IMG/VR virus record: IMGVR_UViG_2890524856_000001
Location: 1-64,000 of that record
Origin: a virus
Taxonomy: Duplodnaviria; Caudoviricetes
Direction: 5' to 3' (one strand)
DNA length: 64,000 nt
The position numbers were made by a program, and so were the translations under genes. The notes under the pieces were generated by a model, which did not search any database, had not been told where the DNA came from, and saw only the letters and a list, made by a program, of their open reading frames with translations. Shown one piece after another: positions 57,576 through 64,000 of the stretch. Each line of letters starts with the position of its first letter. Positions within the stretch are counted from its first letter, which is position 1.

Positions 57576-57863
57576 TTACTCCTCGCAACCTGTTTTTTCC
57601 GCCCCGCCAAGCTGCCCAGTCATCAGTTTTTTAATTTTCTTGATGCTGAAACGGCTCTCTTCATGAATTCGAATAGCTATTACGGATCCAATAGGCAGTC
57701 GGAATGAACGGATTTTACTGATAACCGGTGGAGCCACGCCCAACAGTCGAGCCAGCGCGGCATCATTTCTTAGGCGCAACGAAGAAATTACTTCGTTAAG
57801 CAGCTCATTATTTCCATGTTTTGTCTGAATTAGTTTGCTAAATTTTTCCATTTTTATACTCAC
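57576..57863 (-). CDS. HTH-type DNA-binding protein
   Basis: LRLRNDAALARLLGVAPPVISKIRS, a pattern I associate with Oxalobacteraceae proteins. Confidence 0.7.
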   Translation of the reverse strand: MSIKMEKFSKLIQTKHGNNELLNEVISSLRLRNDAALARLLGVAPPVISKIRSFRLPIGSVIAIRIHEESRFSIKKIKKLMTGQLGGAEKTGCEE

Positions 57864-57870
57864 TTATTTG

Positions 57871-58404
57871 TTAAGAATTCACTTCATCCATACGAAGGCC
57901 GCTTTGAACTGCGGCGATAATTTTGCATAGGTACTCATAATCCGGATTCGGGCGCGATGGCATTGAGTGCCACCAATCTTCACCGAAAATAGGTGCCAAA
58001 ATGCTTGAGTGAGTCCACAGCTCTACGTTTGTGAGCCCGTCGATATCGTCCAAGCTCTCCCATAGTTGACGAGCGGCATTTTTTCTTATGTCGCGCTCGC
58101 GGCGCATTTTGCATATTTCTTTCTTCGCAGCAGGAACAATCGCATCGCCATCTTCGATTGTTGCTGATATCTCTGTATCGAGATTCTTGGCTAGATAGTG
58201 CTCATCAAAACTGCAGAAGAACTGGGCAATCGTTCGCTCCCCCATGCACCCCCATGAGGCAGTCCACGCTTTCGTATAGCAGCAGATAACAATGCGGCCT
58301 TTGCCTGGCTCGGTGTCCTCCAGCATCACATCGATAGGGTCAAGTCGTACCACTTCTGTGATTTTGAGTTTCTTGATCGTTGATGTCGTGACATTGACCT
58401 TCAT
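57871..58404 (-). CDS. Conserved phage hypothetical protein
   Basis: LDPIDVMLED..PGKGRIVICCY.KAWTASWG.MG motif. Confidence 0.7.
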   Translation of the reverse strand: MKVNVTTSTIKKLKITEVVRLDPIDVMLEDTEPGKGRIVICCYTKAWTASWGCMGERTIAQFFCSFDEHYLAKNLDTEISATIEDGDAIVPAAKKEICKMRRERDIRKNAARQLWESLDDIDGLTNVELWTHSSILAPIFGEDWWHSMPSRPNPDYEYLCKIIAAVQSGLRMDEVNS

Positions 58405-58973
58405 GCTTCGACCTCATCAAGATAAATGCGGCGGACTGCACGGGCTAAGTACTCTCTGGACTTCTGGTTGCTGCTCTGGTTACCATCGTGGAAGCGCTGC
58501 ATAAAGGCATAATCGTCGTTGTGGGCGCTCGGTGATCTGCTCCAGTAAGAATCTGCGTCAAATTGCAAAGAGCAATTTGCCAGCAACAACGAAAATTCTC
58601 GACGTGTGGGTAGCTCAAATCCAATGGAATTAGCCCATTCCATTGCGTCCGCCCAGCGCAGTTTTGAATTCGGCTTTTGCGGTACCAGCACCAAAAAGTA
58701 AGGCCGATCATCCAAAATAAGCCCAGCATTCACTTCGCCAGGCTGAAGCAGACCTGAAATTTCAGCCAGCAGCCCTAAAACTGATCTGGTATTCCACATG
58801 GACGTAACGGCATCCAATGTGTCATGGATCATGCCGCCACAACACTCGATTGTGAAAGAGCCAGGATGATCGGGCATTTTGAACCCACCCAATTGCATTG
58901 AATGGCGGTGAGGCTCTATGTGGTTAATGATTGGCTCTTTGCCACAGTGCGGGCAAGGTTTTAATTTATTCAT
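58401..58973 (-). CDS. Lar-like zinc-ribbon N-terminus fused to a DUF1566/Lcl-C-like domain
   Basis: LKPCPHCG...C...WNTR, then WADAM.W...LPTRRE...YWS...ARAVRR. Confidence 0.7.
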   Translation of the reverse strand: MNKLKPCPHCGKEPIINHIEPHRHSMQLGGFKMPDHPGSFTIECCGGMIHDTLDAVTSMWNTRSVLGLLAEISGLLQPGEVNAGLILDDRPYFLVLVPQKPNSKLRWADAMEWANSIGFELPTRREFSLLLANCSLQFDADSYWSRSPSAHNDDYAFMQRFHDGNQSSNQKSREYLARAVRRIYLDEVEA

Positions 58974-59299
58974 GTTGCATCACCTTTCAATGACAGACGC
59001 TTTATTTGAATTTCTTTGAATCTTTCCAAATGCCACTCCTCAAGATCATCCCCTAGACAAGAAAAACCAGGGCTTTCATCTGGACACAATTGGCAATCAT
59101 CAATAACCATTTGACGCAATTCTGTGCAGTCGGCGCATACCTTGAACGAGTGAGTCTCCCCATCCCATATTCCAGAATGGAAGTGATACTTTTCGCCGCG
59201 CTGAATCACGCCGCGACATTCGCAGCATTTATGTTCTTTGCGCGCAGTTCGTATCACCTCACGATAAGCGGATGGAATTTCGCTCATGACTGCACGCAC
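58970..59299 (-). CDS. Cys-rich phage protein
   Basis: ARKEHKCCEC...I..GEKY...KVCADC. Confidence 0.7.
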   Translation of the reverse strand: MRAVMSEIPSAYREVIRTARKEHKCCECRGVIQRGEKYHFHSGIWDGETHSFKVCADCTELRQMVIDDCQLCPDESPGFSCLGDDLEEWHLERFKEIQIKRLSLKGDAT

Positions 59300-59937
59300 T
59301 TAAAAGAAATAACCCAAACCCATGGATTGGCATCCCAATCGCCACCGGTGAACCCCCAAAGATCTTGGAATGCCATGATTGGCGGGGTGTAAAAAACATG
59401 CTGATATTTGGTTGACTTCCAGCCTCGCAGAGTAAGCTCAAGGCCTTCTGCGATAGCATCAGCCTCACTGATGTCGTTTAGGCGCTCGATGCGAATATCG
59501 GTAATTTCAAGGCGTATGCGACTTGCCCAGCGCGGCATATTGCTGGCTCCCTGCCACGGCGCAGGGATTGCATTGCCAGCTCCATCAGTCCATCCCCCGA
59601 GTGGAACGTCCCCATCGCGATAAATCACGTCATAGTTTTCTGGTTCATCCTCAGGACTGCCGCCGTCAGGATCAATTACAGAAAGAGCGAAGTCTTCTTG
59701 AACCCATAGCTGATCCCCAACTTCACCAAGTGGACATTTCACACAGATAAATCCAGCCTGCCACGCCTGATTAACATGCTGGCTGAGCGTTAAATCAGGG
59801 TTCCATGCGCCCAACTCGCGAAGGCGGCTTTCAGTTACCGTTGGCTGAACTTTTAAAATACGGCGTGTTTGCGTTTTGCGCCCGTCTAAGATTGCGCTCA
59901 CCATCTCGCCAATAAACGCGATTGGATTCTCATTCAT
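59284..59937 (-). CDS. ASCH/PUA-like phage protein
   Basis: MVSAILDGRKTQTRR, CPLG..GDQLWVQE, MPRWASRI.LEIT..R.ERL..ISE.DA..EG, W..NPWVWVISF. Confidence 0.8.
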   Translation of the reverse strand: MNENPIAFIGEMVSAILDGRKTQTRRILKVQPTVTESRLRELGAWNPDLTLSQHVNQAWQAGFICVKCPLGEVGDQLWVQEDFALSVIDPDGGSPEDEPENYDVIYRDGDVPLGGWTDGAGNAIPAPWQGASNMPRWASRIRLEITDIRIERLNDISEADAIAEGLELTLRGWKSTKYQHVFYTPPIMAFQDLWGFTGGDWDANPWVWVISFKCVQS

Positions 59938-60152
59938 GGATTACCTCCTTTACTATTTGAGTGCCCCAGGCAACGTCCTGTTGCATCTTGGTTGTCACAG
60001 CCTTCCGAAGGTATAACCTCCATGCCTTGCTTCTTCATGCTATCCAGCTGCCCGCGGATTTCTTTGGCATCGCCAGGGAACATTGACTCCAATTCGGCAT
60101 CGGTGGACTGTTCCGCGGCGCTGATCGGCATATAAATATGAAAAGTTCTCAT
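59934..60152 (-). CDS. Hypothetical protein
   Basis: ATGA-coupled; EVIP..GCDN.D.TG.C.GH. Confidence 0.6.
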   Translation of the reverse strand: MRTFHIYMPISAAEQSTDAELESMFPGDAKEIRGQLDSMKKQGMEVIPSEGCDNQDATGRCLGHSNSKGGNP

Positions 60153-60682
60153 GCTGATGTAACCCCTATTCCCCATGCCTTTAATCTCTCCTTCTCGACT
60201 TCTTTGTTACGCTTGATCGCCGCTTTGTAGCTGACTTTTGCTTCCTTTATTGTCTTGCACCACTCACCGGTACCACGGCGCGATTTAAATCTGACCTTAT
60301 TTTTTTGCTCGCCCCAGCAATCCCAGTTATATTCACGCTCAGGTATGTCTATACCCAACCACTCAGGGAATGATTCAACACACTCTGAGGATAGGTATTG
60401 GTCATAGCGAGTCTTCTTTTTCGGCGGAGGCAACATTTCAATTGCATATTTGCGGCCATAATCTGTAGCAGCGAAGTAGAAGCCACCACCTAGCCATTCT
60501 GCATTCGGCCGCATTGTCATCATGCCGGCGTCAACGAGTGCCGTCAGTCTGGGAAAATCGCTACTGTTTTCACCGGTCATGAAGTAATTTCTGTTTGGAG
60601 TTCGATTCCACTCTGTCAGGCCAAGCGTGTGATTTAGCAACTCGAGGTGACCAGGCTCTATTGATGCAATCTGGCCGCTCAT
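60149..60682 (-). CDS. Hypothetical phage protein
   Basis: LLNHTLG...RNYF...LVDAGMM motif; coupled. Confidence 0.65.
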   Translation of the reverse strand: MSGQIASIEPGHLELLNHTLGLTEWNRTPNRNYFMTGENSSDFPRLTALVDAGMMTMRPNAEWLGGGFYFAATDYGRKYAIEMLPPPKKKTRYDQYLSSECVESFPEWLGIDIPEREYNWDCWGEQKNKVRFKSRRGTGEWCKTIKEAKVSYKAAIKRNKEVEKERLKAWGIGVTSA

Positions 60683-61131
60683 GCTGCACCGCCTTTCAGT
60701 GCTACATCCTTATTGATCTGATCAAGATTGCTGAATGCAGCCTTCCAGGTTGCAAGCTCATCACGCAACTGCTCGTTCTCTTTGCGCAGGGCTGCTGCGT
60801 CATCATTGGTAGGCTCAAAGTACATTGGAATTGAATGACTAGGACGAGTACCGTCAGTCATAAATGTAAGTTCCATTTTTACGCTTACATTACTTCCAAT
60901 TGATTCAATCCAATCCTTTGCAGCGCGACTGATATACAGCGCTGGTTCCTGAGTCACTTCCGGCAGGGGAAGGGCGCGGATTTCATCTGAAATTAATTTT
61001 GCAACTTCCGACGATCTTCTAAGATTATTCTTGGATAAATGGCTTACTTCGTTATGTATTGATCGCAGATATGCTTCAGATTGAGCATCTGCAACCTTCG
61101 CGCACTGCTCTCTGAATTTTTCGTAGTTCAC
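60679..61131 (-). CDS. Hypothetical protein, REQCA...IRALPLP module family member
   Basis: Same N-terminal module and GGCGGTGCAGCATGA ending as left-arm genes. Confidence 0.65.
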   Translation of the reverse strand: MNYEKFREQCAKVADAQSEAYLRSIHNEVSHLSKNNLRRSSEVAKLISDEIRALPLPEVTQEPALYISRAAKDWIESIGSNVSVKMELTFMTDGTRPSHSIPMYFEPTNDDAAALRKENEQLRDELATWKAAFSNLDQINKDVALKGGAA

Positions 61132-62018
61132 TTTGATACCTCCCCATAAAACATCGGCGAACCCTTGACTTCTGCAAGCACTGCTTCGACCTCATCTTTT
61201 GAATAGCCCCAGATGTAGCTGTCGCCACCCCGGGGCAGCCCGATATTGTCGATATGGAGTTTTTCGCCGGCATGAATATATTCAGCAAACGCGATGACCA
61301 GGGATCTCAGCGTGCCTCCGTGAGTAAAGTTATGCATGGCGCCATCTTTATTCGATACCAGAGAAATTGTGTCTGTATGCCCGCACTTGAACACCACCGC
61401 GCCAGCTTGATTAATGGACATTTCTGCGGCGGCCTCATTGGCATAACTCCAAAAGAAGCGTCGGCCATGCCTCGATATGGCAAGAATCACAGCGTTCACA
61501 TGCTCAACGCGCTTAAGCTTTTCTTGCTCGATGCTCGCTTTTTCGCTTTCAGAAATTGGCTCGGGTAGCGACATAAGCCAGTTGCGAAGTAACTGAAACT
61601 CAAAATTCCGAAAGCTGCCGTCGGCGTAGATACGTAACTCACCGCTGTGGTTATGTCGATTTGCGGCAAGATAGTCCTGGCACCCTTTCTCGGTAAAACA
61701 AGCAACAACGGTTTCCCACACGTGCATTAATTCATGCCTGTCATAACCATCGGCAACTTCACCGGTTGATCTGAAAATAGCTTCGAGACGCGCAGCTCGC
61801 GTATCAGATACCTCTGCATGATCGCTATCCCCATCATGCCGCCACTCGATTCTGCAATCTTGGTATTCAGCATTGCCGATGTACTCGCGCTTTTCCTGGA
61901 CAACAAACATTGGCTGATCTGTGAACTGGTTATTCTGCTCACGAATCAACTTGCCAATTTGAAGAAGCTGGACTGGTATGAGCGCAGACACCATGTCCAA
62001 AGTGTTTGATATTTCCAT
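61128..62018 (-). CDS. Two-domain phage hypothetical protein
   Basis: T.QPMFVVQE...W.TV.ACFT..GC..YL..N.HN domain plus VI.AIS.HGRRFF domain. Confidence 0.7.
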   Translation of the reverse strand: MEISNTLDMVSALIPVQLLQIGKLIREQNNQFTDQPMFVVQEKREYIGNAEYQDCRIEWRHDGDSDHAEVSDTRAARLEAIFRSTGEVADGYDRHELMHVWETVVACFTEKGCQDYLAANRHNHSGELRIYADGSFRNFEFQLLRNWLMSLPEPISESEKASIEQEKLKRVEHVNAVILAISRHGRRFFWSYANEAAAEMSINQAGAVVFKCGHTDTISLVSNKDGAMHNFTHGGTLRSLVIAFAEYIHAGEKLHIDNIGLPRGGDSYIWGYSKDEVEAVLAEVKGSPMFYGEVSK

Positions 62019-62025
62019 TGAATAG

Positions 62026-62469
62026 TTATCCTTTTAAAAAATCACTCTGTTGACTGCCAAAAAATGCCGACACCATTTGATCCCGGCGCGGCTTAATACG
62101 CATCGCTCTACGCCGGGCATTAAATGCATCAAAGCGATCAGCGTCTTGCTTAAGCCTGTTTCGGTACTTCCTTGATTTTTCAGCGCCGGTCATTGCTCTC
62201 GGCTTTGCTGCATCGGCACCAGAGCCAACAATGAATGCCGGCTGATAGAGATCGTGCTTTTGACCAATGTGCGACCACGAAATTATGTGAATTTGCTTGT
62301 TAGCGCGCAGGAACGAGATGTAGCCGGTAGCCCAGCGACGAGAGATGCAGATATGCTCCGACACCTCCTGAACAGTCCTGGGGATGGACATAAAGGCGCA
62401 GATCCTTTTAATCCGCAGCTGTGCGCGAGGCGAGTTGAATTTCATCGCACCCATTATTTCCTCCCACAA
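62026..62469 (-). CDS. Putative winged-HTH DNA-binding protein
   Basis: PRTVQEVSEH...HI..W...P and a basic C-terminus. Confidence 0.55.
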   Translation of the reverse strand: MWEEIMGAMKFNSPRAQLRIKRICAFMSIPRTVQEVSEHICISRRWATGYISFLRANKQIHIISWSHIGQKHDLYQPAFIVGSGADAAKPRAMTGAEKSRKYRNRLKQDADRFDAFNARRRAMRIKPRRDQMVSAFFGSQQSDFLKG

Positions 62470-62653
62470 ACCCGACGCTTAACTTCTTCCAGGTTCGTGC
62501 TGCGAAACCAATGCTTTGCACACGCCAACTCATCCGGCTTTGGCAAATCGCAGGAGGCGATAGGTGCCAAATGCTCACGCGACCGTTTTCCTATTTCATA
62601 GGAAACTGTACAAAACATAAGCAGCGCCAAAATTAGAAGAATAATGTCTTTCA
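62454..62653 (-). CDS. Small membrane-anchored protein
   Basis: MKDIILLILALL hydrophobic N-terminus; start approximate. Confidence 0.45.
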
Positions 62654-62659
62654 TGGGTT

Positions 62660-62983
62660 TTATATCCCGAATTCGGCTAAAAGCGCGCACGAAGAAGCAA
62701 TAGACTTTCTCAGCTGCTCTGCGGATACATCGCTGCATAAGATCGACTTAACCAAGTCATGCAACTGGCTGACAACCGCTTCGCGGGTTGGCGCCTGATC
62801 CAGAGATTTGGAATTTCTAACACCGACCATTCGGAGTGCGACTGTCGCTGCAGTCTCAGAAATATCCTGGGGATTCAACATTAAATGTTTCGGTGAATTT
62901 GCCAAAATACCAGCGCCAACCGAAATTAAAGCACTATCGAAAAAGTCAGCATCCGACATGCGGCCAACAGCATTTCCAAGCAT
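62660..62983 (-). CDS. Hypothetical protein
   Basis: First gene after the 63.03-kb promoter. Confidence 0.55.
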   Translation of the reverse strand: MLGNAVGRMSDADFFDSALISVGAGILANSPKHLMLNPQDISETAATVALRMVGVRNSKSLDQAPTREAVVSQLHDLVKSILCSDVSAEQLRKSIASSCALLAEFGI

Positions 62984-63025
62984 GAGAGTTCCTAAATAAG
63001 TTCAAATTAAATCCTGATAAAACTT

Positions 63026-63054
63026 ATTATAGCCATATAAGGCTATTTTTGGAA
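63026..63054 (-). promoter_or_regulatory. Sigma70 promoter of the right arm with a perfect operator palindrome
   Basis: TTCCAA-N17-TATAAT overlapping ATAGCC-ATATAA-GGCTAT (63029-63046). Confidence 0.75.
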
Positions 63055-63084
63055 CTAAAAAAACTCTTTTATGGCTATTTATTT

Positions 63085-64000
63085 TTATGCGTCCGCAAAC
63101 ATCTCATCTGCAACAGCTTCTGCCTTTTCAATCGCACTACCCACAATGCCGCTGCTCGCACCACTCTCGGCGATCAGATAGTTAGCATTTTCAAGAAATG
63201 CAAATGAACATGCATCCCACAAGTCCGGAGACGGTATTCCGTCAGCAGCCATGTCCGCCTTTTTCTCAATATAGCGACGCGCCTTCTCGTCGTAGTGATA
63301 AGGGATTCTTGATCCTTGTTTGATGAGCTTTTTGATTATTGACTTTGGAATATCTGAATTAATCCCGAAGCGCCCCTCCTGGACAGCACGAGCGATGCCA
63401 CAGCATGCCTGCGCACGCTGGTTGACATACCGCTCCTTGTATTCAGTCTTGAAGTTTGGCGAGCCCCAAAGCACCTTAACGAAGTTCGTAAAATCATTCT
63501 TCTCAAGTTGCTTGATAACGCTCAGTCCAATGCCGCCGCCGTCGATAATCGCCGTAGAGTTGGACAGATTTCCCGACTGTACAATGATGTCGCCGTAAAC
63601 GTCGCTTGGGTCTTTGGAGTTTGAGCAAAGAGGCACGCTGACTATCTGTACTCTGCGCGCATCGGCGCCGTATTCGCCATGGCCTATTACTTTTGCAGCA
63701 ATCAGAGCGGTATCATCGCGATATCCGCCACCACCGATATCACTTAGCAGAAACCATCCATATTCCTCATCATCTCTAATGACCTGCTTTCCTACGCAAG
63801 CCTCAATAGATGCAGCACCGGTCAGGTACTTCCCTGCTAACTCGCAGAACTGGCCGACCACCTTGATTAACCATTCCTCGAGCGAGTATTGCGCTTTTTT
63901 CTCAATCAAGAACTCATCAGACACAAGCGGGGAATCTATAGAGCTAAAGCTTAGGGCATTCCATACACCGCCCTCCTCTTTCGATAAGGAGTGATGCTGG
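63085..64000 (-). CDS. pacB: Large terminase subunit (P1 PacB-like), C-terminal nuclease part; 5' end outside the window
   Basis: Frame open to the window edge; DIGGGGYRDDT, IDGGGIG and SPDLWDA RNase H-fold motifs. Confidence 0.85.
   Translation of the reverse strand, partial: QHHSLSKEEGGVWNALSFSSIDSPLVSDEFLIEKKAQYSLEEWLIKVVGQFCELAGKYLTGAASIEACVGKQVIRDDEEYGWFLLSDIGGGGYRDDTALIAAKVIGHGEYGADARRVQIVSVPLCSNSKDPSDVYGDIIVQSGNLSNSTAIIDGGGIGLSVIKQLEKNDFTNFVKVLWGSPNFKTEYKERYVNQRAQACCGIARAVQEGRFGINSDIPKSIIKKLIKQGSRIPYHYDEKARRYIEKKADMAADGIPSPDLWDACSFAFLENANYLIAESGASSGIVGSAIEKAEAVADEMFADA

Noticed and set aside
58401-58973. Diversity-generating retroelement target (DUF1566 domains are common DGR targets)
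   Set aside because: No reverse transcriptase and no adenine-variant template repeat seen in the window; it could only be a remote target

Overview
About 64 kb of a temperate P1-like (Punavirus-related) contractile-tailed phage or phage-plasmid, probably from a betaproteobacterial host (inferred; an Oxalobacteraceae-type HTH gene is present). Two accessory arms of small, translationally coupled genes point inward: 1-7.4 kb on + (RdgC, C5 DNA methyltransferase, HD hydrolase) and 56-63 kb on -. Between them is a mostly minus-strand block with a lysis cassette, sheath, capsid, baseplate, tape measure, portal, a Dar-type antirestriction set (Hdf, Ulx, DarB, multidomain DarA), a 1,569-aa tail fibre and the head protease. 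The large terminase runs off the right edge. By eye I find seven late-operon promoters sharing GGAAAA-N29-NAWAVT, five early sigma70 promoters carrying an ATAGCC-N6-GGCTAT-type operator, and a c4-like antisense RNA ahead of a Rha/antirepressor gene. The most striking element is at 54.0-56.05 kb. One operator-bearing promoter drives about 1.1 kb of helix-rich non-coding sequence with five alternating copies of a 14-nt inverted repeat, then one small ORF, then a second ~400-nt structured segment ending in a terminator. This is a candidate giant phage ncRNA. All family assignments come from recalled motifs, not database searches.
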